Source of the DNA: Ruminococcus sp.
GTDB lineage: Bacteria > Bacillota > Clostridia > Oscillospirales > Ruminococcaceae
Assembly: GCA_021770655.1 (NCBI GenBank)
Contig: JAETQO010000018.1
Coordinates: forward strand, 1,305 to 65,304
Length of the DNA: 64,000 nucleotides
Direction of reading: 5' to 3'
The position numbers were made by a program, and so were the translations under genes. The notes beneath the pieces are model-generated. The model was given only the letters and a program-made list of their open reading frames with translations, was not told the origin of the DNA and made no database searches. Below, piece after piece: positions 19,305-27,859 of this stretch; within the stretch, counting starts at the first letter, position 1, and each line of letters opens with the position of its first letter.

Positions 19305-20600
19305 GTGATAGAGACATTTCGTAATGCCTGGAAAGTTCCGGAATTAAGAAAAAAACTTCTATTTACTTTTTTCATCATCGTTATTTACAGAGTGGGCGGT
19401 ACAGTGCCTGTTCCTTTCCTCAACGCGGTTGCGCTGTCGGCTTGGTTTGAACAGAGCGCTTCATCAGGTGACTTCTTCAGTTACCTGAACGTGCTGTCGG
19501 GAGGTAACTTCTCAAAGGCTACTCTCCTGGCGCTGTCCGTTTCACCATATATCAACGCTCAGATCATTATTCAGCTTCTGACGTACGCTCTTCCTCCGTT
19601 GGAGAGACTTTCCAAGGAAGGTCCGGAAGGAAGAAAGAAAATCAACAAGATCACAAAATACACTTCGCTTGGCATCGCTGTTTTCCAGGCGTGGGCTTAT
19701 TACCTTACAATGAAAAAGGCGGGCGCTATAGTGTATGTTGACGGATTCGACAAGATATTCTCCGAGATCGTAATCATCGCCTGCTTTACTGCCGGCGCGT
19801 CACTCACCATCTGGCTGGGCGACGAGATCAACGAGAAGGGTATCGGCAACGGAATCTCAATGCTCCTGTTTGCCGGAATCATCGCAAGAGGTCCTTCCGC
19901 CGTTCTCGGTCTCTTCGACTATATGAAGACCGGCGAGGCAAAGAACATCATTCTTGTTATCGTCATCGTTCTTGTGTTCATTCTGATGATCGGTTTCATT
20001 ATCTTTATGAATGAGGCTGAAAGACGTATCCCGATACAGTACGCAAAAAGGGTTGTCGGAAGAAAACAGTACGGCGGTCAAAGTACATTTATTCCGATCA
20101 AGATCGCAATGAGCGGCGTTATGCCGATCATCTTTGCGATGGCATTTATGTCACTGCCTTCGACGCTCAAAATGTTTATCGAACCTAAGGCCGGAAGCTT
20201 CTACGATCACTTCCTGCACTGGTTTGAGTACACTCATCCGTTCTACGCTTGTCTGTACTTTGTACTGATAATCGGATTCAATTACTTCTATGTTTCAATG
20301 CAGTACAATCCGATCGAGATTGCAAACAACCTGAGACAGAACAACGGCGGTATCCCAGGTATCAGACCCGGACGTCCGACTTCCGATTATTTGAAGAAGG
20401 TTTTGTCAAAGATAACTTTGGTGGGCGCTGTATTCCTCGGAATCATCGCTATCTTCCCTATCATCTTTACTGCGATCACAAAGATGAATATCGCTATGGG
20501 CGGTACTTCTATCCTCATCGTGGTTTCAGTTGCGCTTGAAACTGCAAGAACAATGGAATCCCAGATGATGATGCGTCATCACAAGGGTTTTCTTGAATAA
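19305..20600 (+). CDS. secY: Preprotein translocase subunit SecY
   Basis: 431 aa, multi-TM, GTG start. Canonical position after rplO. Confidence 0.96.
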   Translation: MIETFRNAWKVPELRKKLLFTFFIIVIYRVGGTVPVPFLNAVALSAWFEQSASSGDFFSYLNVLSGGNFSKATLLALSVSPYINAQIIIQLLTYALPPLERLSKEGPEGRKKINKITKYTSLGIAVFQAWAYYLTMKKAGAIVYVDGFDKIFSEIVIIACFTAGASLTIWLGDEINEKGIGNGISMLLFAGIIARGPSAVLGLFDYMKTGEAKNIILVIVIVLVFILMIGFIIFMNEAERRIPIQYAKRVVGRKQYGGQSTFIPIKIAMSGVMPIIFAMAFMSLPSTLKMFIEPKAGSFYDHFLHWFEYTHPFYACLYFVLIIGFNYFYVSMQYNPIEIANNLRQNNGGIPGIRPGRPTSDYLKKVLSKITLVGAVFLGIIAIFPIIFTAITKMNIAMGGTSILIVVSVALETARTMESQMMMRHHKGFLE

Positions 20601-20639
20601 TCCGTTCGCTTTAAGTTTGAGATAATAAGGAGTTAAAAA

Positions 20640-21272
20640 ATGAATATTATTCTTTTAGGCGCTCCCGGTGCGGGAAAGGGTACTCAGGCTGAGGTAATAT
20701 GCGAGGCTTTGAATATCCCAACTATTTCAACAGGAAATATGCTCAGAGCCGCTGTTAAGGCAGGCACAGAGTACGGTCTCAAGGCTAAGGCTGCAATGGA
20801 CGCCGGCGATCTTGTTTCGGACGACATTGTTATCGGTATCCTCAAAGACAGAATCGCCGAGCCTGATGCTCAGAACGGTTTCATTCTGGACGGTTTTCCG
20901 AGAACGGTTCCTCAGGCTGAGGCTCTGGACGCAATGGGCGTTAAGATCGACAAGGTAATCGAAATTTACGTTCCCGATGAGACTATTCAGCAGAGACTCT
21001 CGGGCAGAAGAGTCTGCCTCGACTGCGGCGCTACCTATCATACATCTTTCAAGCCTTCTAAGGTAGAGGGAGTGTGCGACGTATGCGGCAAGCCTATAGT
21101 TATCCGCAAGGACGACGAACCGGCTACGGTCATCAGCAGACTTCAGACATATCATAAATCCACGGCTCCTCTCAAGGACTATTACGGTAAGCAGGGCAAG
21201 CTTGTTACCGTTGAGGGACAGGACAAGGTTGAGGATACTTCCAAGCTTGTTCTCGAGGCTGTCAAGGAATAA
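20640..21272 (+). CDS. adk: Adenylate kinase (zinc-lid type)
   Basis: [18 protein letters not shown]-loop. The lid carries CLDCG...CDVCG. Confidence 0.96.
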   Translation: MNIILLGAPGAGKGTQAEVICEALNIPTISTGNMLRAAVKAGTEYGLKAKAAMDAGDLVSDDIVIGILKDRIAEPDAQNGFILDGFPRTVPQAEALDAMGVKIDKVIEIYVPDETIQQRLSGRRVCLDCGATYHTSFKPSKVEGVCDVCGKPIVIRKDDEPATVISRLQTYHKSTAPLKDYYGKQGKLVTVEGQDKVEDTSKLVLEAVKE

Positions 21273-21304
21273 GAGAAAGCATCAGCTTTCAGAGGCAATT
21301 TTAA

Positions 21305-22051
21305 ATGATATGCGTTAAATCCAACAAGGAAATTGTAAAAATGCAGAAGGCGGGAGCGATCACCGCCGGTGCATTGATCGCTGCGGGCGAGGCTATCAGA
21401 CCGGGTATGACTACCTACGAGCTTGATAAAGTCGTTCACAGATATATTACCTCTCACGGCGCAAAGCCAAGCTTTTTAGGCTACGGCGGATTTCCCGGCT
21501 CAGCCTGCATCTCCGTCAACGACGAGGTAATCCACGGAATTCCCGGTCCCCGCAAGCTTTGCGAGGGAGACATCGTTTCGATAGACGTCGGCGCTTATAT
21601 CGACGGCTATCACGGAGATTCCTGTAAAACCTTTGCTGTGGGAAAAGTTTCTCCCGAGGCGGAGGCTCTGATGAAGTCCACCGAGGAAAGCCTTTATCTT
21701 GCGATAGACATGGTTAAGCCGGGCGTAAGGCTCGGAGACCTCGGAGCGGCTATTCAGAAATACAACGAGGATAACGGTTACTCGGTTGTAAGACAGTTCG
21801 TCGGACACGGAGTCGGCAGAAATCTGCACGAGGATCCGGAAGTTCCGAACTACGGTAAGGCAGGTCACGGTATCCGTCTTACGGCGGGAATGGTAATTGC
21901 TATCGAGCCTATGATAAACATGGGCACTGCCGATATAAAGACTTTGCCGGACGGCTGGACTGTCAAAACAAAAGACGGTAAGATGTCCGCTCATTTTGAG
22001 CATACAATCGCGGTCACTCCCGAAGGCGCGGTTATTTTAACCAAAGTATGA
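21305..22051 (+). CDS. map: Type I methionine aminopeptidase
   Basis: 248 aa. Contains IVSIDVGAYIDGYHGD and FVGHGVG motifs. Confidence 0.95.
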   Translation: MICVKSNKEIVKMQKAGAITAGALIAAGEAIRPGMTTYELDKVVHRYITSHGAKPSFLGYGGFPGSACISVNDEVIHGIPGPRKLCEGDIVSIDVGAYIDGYHGDSCKTFAVGKVSPEAEALMKSTEESLYLAIDMVKPGVRLGDLGAAIQKYNEDNGYSVVRQFVGHGVGRNLHEDPEVPNYGKAGHGIRLTAGMVIAIEPMINMGTADIKTLPDGWTVKTKDGKMSAHFEHTIAVTPEGAVILTKV

Positions 22052-22350
22052 CGGAGAACGGCGTTGTAAATAAATTGGTCGGTTCGGTGGTCACTGCAAA
22101 CGCAGGCCGCGATAAGGGCAGGTATTTTGTTGCGGTAGCTGTCGGCGGCGGTTTTGTATATATCGCAGACGGAAAAGAGCGCAGGCTCGAGAAACCGAAG
22201 CGAAAAAACGCAAAGCACATTTCACCTGCGGGCGCAAGAGTCGATCTCGAAGGACTGACGAACAGGAAACTAAGACGGCTGATAAGAGAGTTTTCAACCC
22301 AAACCGATTATCGGCAGACCCAAAGCCTTTTAGATGGGGAGGTTTTTTAA
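22048..22350 (+). CDS. Small KOW-domain protein found between map and infA in Clostridia
   Basis: 100 aa. [19 protein letters not shown] is KOW-like. Translationally coupled on both sides. Confidence 0.65.
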   Translation: MTENGVVNKLVGSVVTANAGRDKGRYFVAVAVGGGFVYIADGKERRLEKPKRKNAKHISPAGARVDLEGLTNRKLRRLIREFSTQTDYRQTQSLLDGEVF

Positions 22351-22568
22351 TGTCAAAGGAAGACGTTATCGAACTTGAGGGAACGGTCGTTGAGGCTAAG
22401 CCTAACGCAACGTTTCTGGTAGAACTTTCAAACGGTCATAAAATCCTTGCTCATATTTCGGGTAAGCTTCGTATGAATTACATTCGTATCGTACCCGGAG
22501 ATAAGGTAACGGTCGAAATGTCACCGTATGACTTGACAAAAGGAAGAATCACATGGAGAGCTAAGTAG
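22350..22568 (+). CDS. infA: Translation initiation factor IF-1
   Basis: [47 protein letters not shown]. Confidence 0.97.
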   Translation: MSKEDVIELEGTVVEAKPNATFLVELSNGHKILAHISGKLRMNYIRIVPGDKVTVEMSPYDLTKGRITWRAK

Positions 22569-22742
<174 letters not shown>

Positions 22743-22771
22743 CAAACCAATAATGGAGGTGCAGCTAAATA

Positions 22772-23140
22772 ATGGCTCGTATTGCTGGTATCGACCTGCC
22801 AAAGGATAAGAGAATTGAAATTGCTCTTACTTATATCTATGGTATAGGTCAAAAGACTGCTACAAAGATTCTTAAAGAAACAGGCGTAAATCCTGATACA
22901 AGAGTAAAGGATATGACTGAGGACGATGTAGCAAAATTGCGTGAATATATCGATCACAACATTACTGTAGAGGGCGACCTCAGAAGAAATGTTGCGCTCA
23001 ACATCAAGAGATTGACTGAAATCGGTTGTTATCGCGGACTTCGTCACAGAAGAGGTCTCCCTGTCAGAGGACAGAGAACCAAGACGAACGCAAGAACCCG
23101 TAAGGGTCCTGTAAAGACAATCGCTAATAAGAAGAAGTAA
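22772..23140 (+). CDS. rpsM: 30S ribosomal protein S13
   Basis: [26 protein letters not shown]. Confidence 0.97.
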   Translation: MARIAGIDLPKDKRIEIALTYIYGIGQKTATKILKETGVNPDTRVKDMTEDDVAKLREYIDHNITVEGDLRRNVALNIKRLTEIGCYRGLRHRRGLPVRGQRTKTNARTRKGPVKTIANKKK

Positions 23141-23154
23141 GGAGGGTGTGAACA

Positions 23155-23553
23155 ATGGCTCAGGCTAAGAAGAAGACTACTATTCGCCGTCGTCGCGAAA
23201 GAAAAAACATTGAACAGGGACAGGTTCATATCCAGTCTACTTTTAACAACACTATCGTAACTATTACAGATATGCAGGGCAACGCTATTTCTTGGGCTTC
23301 CGCCGGCGGACTTGGCTTCAGAGGTTCTAAGAAGTCTACTCCGTTTGCTGCTCAGACTGCCGCTGAAACAGCTGCAAGAGCCGCTAAGGAGCATGGTCTC
23401 AAGACAGTTGAAGTATTTGTAAAGGGACCGGGTGCAGGCCGCGAGGCTGCGATCAGAGCTTTGCAGTCCGAGGATCTGGAAGTAAGACTTATCAAGGATG
23501 TAACTCCTATTCCTCACAACGGATGCCGTCCTCCTAAGAGAAGACGTGTATAG
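23155..23553 (+). CDS. rpsK: 30S ribosomal protein S11
   Basis: [30 protein letters not shown]. Confidence 0.97.
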   Translation: MAQAKKKTTIRRRRERKNIEQGQVHIQSTFNNTIVTITDMQGNAISWASAGGLGFRGSKKSTPFAAQTAAETAARAAKEHGLKTVEVFVKGPGAGREAAIRALQSEDLEVRLIKDVTPIPHNGCRPPKRRRV

Positions 23554-23645
23554 TTTATAAGACGATTTGAGTTTGTAGTTTACTCAAAGTCAGGTAAGCA
23601 TAAGGCTAAGACCTGATAACATTTTAGAAAACGGAGGTATTTACT

Positions 23646-24242
23646 ATGGCAGTAAATAGAGAACCAGTTCTTAAGAGATGTAAATCTCTCGGAATCAGCC
23701 CAATGGTAATGGGTATCGCTAAGGAGACGAAGCGCGATCCTAACGCAAACAAGAGAAAGAAAGTTTCAGAGTATGGTATGCAGCTGAAGGAAAAGCAGAA
23801 GCTGAAGTTCATCTACGGCGTGCTTGAGAAGCAGTTCTATCATTACTTTGAGATCGCTCAGAAGATGGAAGGACAGGCCGGTGCCAATCTTATTACTCTT
23901 CTCGAGTCCAGACTTGACAACGTAGTATTCAGAATGGGTCTTGCTATGACAAGAAGAGAGGCTCGCCAGCTCGTTGTTCACGGTCATTATCTTGTAAACG
24001 GTAAGAGAGTTGACATTCCTTCCTACAGAATCAAGGAAGGCGACGTTATCTCCCTTAAAGAGAACAGCAAGAAGAGCGAGAAGTTCAAGCAGATCATCGA
24101 AACAACTGCGGGCAGAACAACTCCTACATGGCTTGATGTAAACAAGGACAATCAGACAGCAAAGGTAATCCGTATGCCGGTTAAGGAAGACCTTGACTAC
24201 GACATCGAGGAGCATCTCATCGTCGAGTTGTATTCTAAATAA
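23646..24242 (+). CDS. rpsD: 30S ribosomal protein S4
   Basis: 198 aa with an S4 domain (LESRLDNVVFRMGLAMTRREARQLVVHGH). Two small hairpins lie in the 92-nt leader. Confidence 0.96.
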   Translation: MAVNREPVLKRCKSLGISPMVMGIAKETKRDPNANKRKKVSEYGMQLKEKQKLKFIYGVLEKQFYHYFEIAQKMEGQAGANLITLLESRLDNVVFRMGLAMTRREARQLVVHGHYLVNGKRVDIPSYRIKEGDVISLKENSKKSEKFKQIIETTAGRTTPTWLDVNKDNQTAKVIRMPVKEDLDYDIEEHLIVELYSK

Positions 24243-24373
24243 TGTATTGATAGTGGTTCTCGCGGTATGCGCTCCCTGCGGGTGCATATCGGGGAAATAC
24301 TTGATATGTTTTTGGAAATGTATGCGCTATTAATCATATAAAACATTCGAGTTTGAAAACAGGAGGGTTTTAA

Positions 24374-25333
24374 ATGCTTGAAAAAATAGAAAAGCCTGAA
24401 ATCGAAACGGCCGAGCTAAAGAGCAACGGAACATACGGTAAGTTTATTCTCGAGCCTCTGGAGCGTGGCTATGGTATTACGCTCGGAAACAGTCTGAGAC
24501 GTGTACTACTCTCCTCTTTGCCAGGTGTCGCTGTAACGTCTGTCAAGATAGACGGCGTACACCATGAACTATCAACAATTCCCGGAGTTAAGGAAGATGT
24601 AACGGAAATCATTCTTAACCTCAAGGGTTTAACTGCTAAGCTTTACGGCGAGGGTCCGAAGACTATCTATATCGAGGCGGAGGGTGAATGCGTTGTTACC
24701 GCCGGCGATATCAAGACCGATTCTGAGGTAGATATTCTTGTTCCTGATATGCATATTGCAACTCTTGGCCCCGGAGCAAAGCTTTATATGGAAATTGTCA
24801 TCGACAGAGGCCGCGGTTATGTTTCCGCCGAAAAGAATAAGGCTCTTATGCCTAACGCCCCTATCGGTGTTATTGCAGTAGACAGTATTTATACGCCGGT
24901 ATTAAAGGTAAACTTCACGGTTGACAACACCCGTGTCGGACAGATTACCGACTTTGATAAGCTTACGCTTGAGGTCTGGACCGACGGTACGATCTCGGCG
25001 AAGGAAGCCGTATCAATGGCAGCCAAACTCCTCAACGAGCATCTGAATCTGTTCGTCGATTTGTCTGAAGAAACAAACGTCGTTGAGATTATGGTTGAAA
25101 AGGATGAAAAGGGCAAGGAAAAGATCCTTGAGATGACCATTGAGGAACTTGACTTATCTGTGCGTTCATTTAACTGTCTGAAGCGTGCAGGAATTAACAC
25201 GGTTAACGATTTGATTGAAAAGTCCGCTGAAGAAATGATGAAGGTAAGAAACCTCGGAAAGAAGTCCTTTGACGAAGTCAAGGAGAAGCTTCATTCGCTG
25301 GGTTACGAGCTTAATTCAGAGGACGATAATTAA
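24374..25333 (+). CDS. rpoA: DNA-directed RNA polymerase alpha subunit
   Basis: 319 aa. [27 protein letters not shown]. The C-terminal domain carries [17 protein letters not shown]. Confidence 0.97.
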   Translation: MLEKIEKPEIETAELKSNGTYGKFILEPLERGYGITLGNSLRRVLLSSLPGVAVTSVKIDGVHHELSTIPGVKEDVTEIILNLKGLTAKLYGEGPKTIYIEAEGECVVTAGDIKTDSEVDILVPDMHIATLGPGAKLYMEIVIDRGRGYVSAEKNKALMPNAPIGVIAVDSIYTPVLKVNFTVDNTRVGQITDFDKLTLEVWTDGTISAKEAVSMAAKLLNEHLNLFVDLSEETNVVEIMVEKDEKGKEKILEMTIEELDLSVRSFNCLKRAGINTVNDLIEKSAEEMMKVRNLGKKSFDEVKEKLHSLGYELNSEDDN

Positions 25334-25351
25334 AGTAAGGAGTGAAAATCT

Positions 25352-25693
25352 ATGCCAGGCACAAGAAAGCTGGGAAGAACTAGCGACCAGAGAAAGGCAA
25401 TGCTCAGAGCAATGGTTACTTTTCTTCTCGAAAACGGTAAGATTGAAACCACTGTAACAAGAGCTAAGGAAGTTGCTGCTATGACCGAAAAGATGATTAC
25501 ACTCGGCAAGGCAGGAGACCTCCATTCAAAGAGACAGGTACTTTCTTATGTAACTAAGGAGTCTGTAGCTAAGAAGCTGTTCGACGAGATTGCGCCTTCC
25601 TATGAGGGAAGAAACGGCGGTTATACAAAGATCGTTAAGATCGGTCCCCGCCGCGGTGACGCTGCTGAAATGGCTATCATTCAGTTGGTTTAA
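25352..25693 (+). CDS. rplQ: 50S ribosomal protein L17
   Basis: [29 protein letters not shown]. Confidence 0.97.
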   Translation: MPGTRKLGRTSDQRKAMLRAMVTFLLENGKIETTVTRAKEVAAMTEKMITLGKAGDLHSKRQVLSYVTKESVAKKLFDEIAPSYEGRNGGYTKIVKIGPRRGDAAEMAIIQLV

Positions 25694-25710
25694 TAAATTT
25701 GCTATTATTA

Positions 25711-25747
25711 AAGGCTGTATTCCTAAGAGGATACAGCCTTTCAGTTT
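25711..25747 (+). terminator. Terminator after rplQ
   Basis: 10-bp stem AAGGCTGTAT/ATACAGCCTT followed by TCAGTTT. Confidence 0.7.
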
Positions 25748-25777
25748 GTCGATAAACCTAATTTTGATGGTAAACAA

Positions 25778-26055
25778 GGGGAAGCCCTCGAATTATTGCG
25801 AACAAGTTGAGCAATAATTTTCGCAGGGTTTCCCCTCTTTCAAAACAGTCCACCGGACTGTTTTGAAATTCACCCCTTTCGGAGCTCCTAAAGTAAGGGG
25901 ATTTCGCTCCTGCGGGAGCGACGGGGGCTCTGCCCCAAATTCTTGCAAGCTTGCCGAGCAAGAATTTTTCTTTGCAAGCTTGTCGAGCAAGACTTTTCCT
26001 CGCAAGCGGCAATCGCGTCGCTAAATTCTTGTAAGCTACGTCGAACAAGAATTTT
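25778..26055. repeat. Array of consecutive palindromic hairpin units (REP-like) downstream of rplQ
   Basis: Nested palindrome at 25778-25836. Perfect hairpin TCAAAACAGTCC-ACCG-GACTGTTTTGA at about 25839-25867. From about 25938 there are four tandem 28-33-nt units of the type ATTCTTGCAAGCTTGCCGAGCAAGAAT, CTTTGCAAGCTTGTCGAGCAAGAC and ATTCTTGTAAGCTACGTCGAACAAGAAT. Confidence 0.65.
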
Positions 26056-26187
26056 CCCGCTCTTTTTACCTCTTTGGCAGTTAAAAAAGACTTTTTTGTT
26101 ACAACAATTTTCAAAAGAAAAAGTAACGCAAGTTTCTTTCATCAAAAGATATAAAAGAAACACCGCCCAATCCTTCCCAAATTGACG

Positions 26188-27063
26188 TTATTTCAGCAGT
26201 TCTTCTCCGAGTTTGTTTATGAAGTTCTTTCCTGCTGTGCCGTTCTGGACATAGCCCCAGCTTTTCAGAAGTGCGTTAACAGCTTTTTGCGTTCCTTTGC
26301 CGAAGATGCCGTTGCGGTCGAGGGTCACGCTGTGAAGTCCTTTCTTTTTGGCGAGCATAAGCAGATATTTCATGCTGAGTACGCCGTCGGAGCTGTCGCC
26401 CTTTTTGTAACCGCTTTTATCCAGCGTTTTATCCTGTGGGGGCTTGTAGCCGTTCAGGGATTTCTCCTTTATTATGGTCGGATAATCCTTATAGGCGTAA
26501 TTGCAGTCGCAGTAGCCGCTTACGCCCGGAACAGAGCCTTTGCTGGTGTACTGCCACATTCCGTATTGAGCGGCGGTGGGGCGGGCTACGTCATAATGGG
26601 CTACCCAGATGTCAAATCGGTTCTTTACTGCTGTGGACACCTTGCGGCTGAGAAAATCTGCATAGCTGTAAAGCGCGGTATAATATCCGCACTTTTCAAG
26701 GTGTTCGCAGAATGCGGTTATTATGCTGTCAACAGAGGCGGAGGACAGCGCGTTCTGCGATGGGTCCTCTATATCGAACGCCAGAGGGTATTCAAACTTT
26801 TTGCCCTTTATACATGATACAAAGGTTTTTGCCTCTTCTAAGGCTTCGGTCTCTGTGAGTGCGTAGCTGTACCAATATGCGCCCACGTCAAGACCGGCTT
26901 TCTTTGCGGCGGTATAATTGCGCTCAAAGCTTTCATCCTTTTGTTTGGCGTATCTGCCGTAGCCGGCGTTCAGCATTACAAAGGTATAGCCTGCCGATTT
27001 TACCTTTTCAAAATCCACTGTTCTCTGCCAGTGAGAAACGTCAATGCCGCTAATTTTTGTCAT
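26188..27063 (-). CDS. GH25 muramidase (lysozyme) with a C-terminal PG_binding_1-type domain; endolysin-like
   Basis: The ATG at 27063 (MTKISGIDVSHWQ) follows GGGAGGTG by 9 nt. GH25 motifs GIDVSHWQ, DVGAYWYS and AFDIED are present. The C-terminus is a peptidoglycan-binding repeat (GKGTQKAVNALLKSWG). Confidence 0.85.
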   Translation of the reverse strand: MTKISGIDVSHWQRTVDFEKVKSAGYTFVMLNAGYGRYAKQKDESFERNYTAAKKAGLDVGAYWYSYALTETEALEEAKTFVSCIKGKKFEYPLAFDIEDPSQNALSSASVDSIITAFCEHLEKCGYYTALYSYADFLSRKVSTAVKNRFDIWVAHYDVARPTAAQYGMWQYTSKGSVPGVSGYCDCNYAYKDYPTIIKEKSLNGYKPPQDKTLDKSGYKKGDSSDGVLSMKYLLMLAKKKGLHSVTLDRNGIFGKGTQKAVNALLKSWGYVQNGTAGKNFINKLGEELLK

Positions 27064-27250
27064 TGTCGCTGTCACCTCCCGTCCTTTTTGCCGACTGTGT
27101 TCCGAAATAGAATGATATTACCACAGTAAAAATCGTGATGAACTGATCGGCGTCAATTATTCTTTTTACGGCAAGGGTGCAGAATACACCCGTAAGCAAA
27201 ATCGTAACTATCGATTTCACGTCAATAAGCTTTATAAGCCTTTCTTTCAT
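27050..27250 (-). CDS. Holin-like small membrane protein (2 TM, charged C-tail)
   Basis: 66 aa with TM helices IVTILLTGVFCTLAV and FITIFTVVISFYFG and the tail KRTGGDSDNDKN. Its stop overlaps the lysozyme start by 14 nt, the classic holin-endolysin arrangement. Confidence 0.55.
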   Translation of the reverse strand: MKERLIKLIDVKSIVTILLTGVFCTLAVKRIIDADQFITIFTVVISFYFGTQSAKRTGGDSDNDKN

Positions 27251-27480
27251 GAATATCTCTCCCTTTCCATATCGGTAAGCTTTTGTTCTGCCGCCGCCAC
27301 ACGGGAAATAAGCGCATTGTGCTCGGCGACAGTCTGTTCAAGTTTATCTATACGATATATAATAAGCCGTTCGGTGGCTTCCTGTGATTTTTTGTTTTCC
27401 TTTGCTCCCGAACGTGCTATTATCAGTTGACAGGCTACGCTTGCCGCTGCGGCAATGAATGCGGCAATGACCGCTCCCAT
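27247..27480 (-). CDS. Small N-terminally anchored coiled-coil protein, first gene of the lysis cassette
   Basis: The ATG at 27480 lies 8 nt after GGAGG. TM helix GAVIAAFIAAAASVACQLII is followed by a heptad-like stretch (IDKLEQTVAEHNALISRVAAAEQKLTDME). ATGA overlap with the holin start. Confidence 0.45.
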   Translation of the reverse strand: MGAVIAAFIAAAASVACQLIIARSGAKENKKSQEATERLIIYRIDKLEQTVAEHNALISRVAAAEQKLTDMERERYS

Positions 27481-27859
27481 ACTTATCACCTCCCTGCGTT
27501 TTTCATTTATACCGCAAAATCACAGAAAAGTTGCATAAAAAATGCAACAATTACTAAAATGTTGTCAAATTAAAACATTTTTCATATTGTTGCACAAAAA
27601 GAGCAAGCAAAATTTGTTGCATTTGATTTTATATCATTGTTGTGTGGAAGTTATGATTTTTGACAATACTATATTATAGATATAAATGCGACGGATTTTC
27701 GGTTGCTTTTTCAATAAATATATAGTATAATGTGAATAAACAATAAATAACAGGATAATGTCTTACAAAACGTAGATGTAAGCTGTTAAAGGCAGCACTG
27801 TAAACAAAGCCGTTAGGCGGCAGTTGTGCGGTGTTGCCTTATGAAAAGGAGACACGCAA

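Noticed and set aside
25758-26185. Four overlapping ORFs (70-118 aa) across the hairpin array; a CRISPR array was also considered.
   Set aside because: The translations are just the palindromic repeats read in frame (KNLATRLPLARKSLARQACKEKF...). It is not a CRISPR array: the units are self-complementary and adjacent without unique spacers, they are only 28-33 nt, and no cas genes are present.
26182-26817. 211-aa plus-strand ORF.
   Set aside because: It is entirely antisense to the well-supported GH25 lysozyme gene, and its Ala/Val/Gly-rich translation is typical of a shadow frame.
27825-27839. 15-nt exact match TGTGCGGTGTTGCCT shared with 51625-51639, both in hairpins next to gene ends; considered as a dispersed repeat family.
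   Set aside because: One exact 15-mer pair is about what chance predicts for a 64-kb window (order of one or two pairs), and the surrounding sequence does not align. Kept only as a note.
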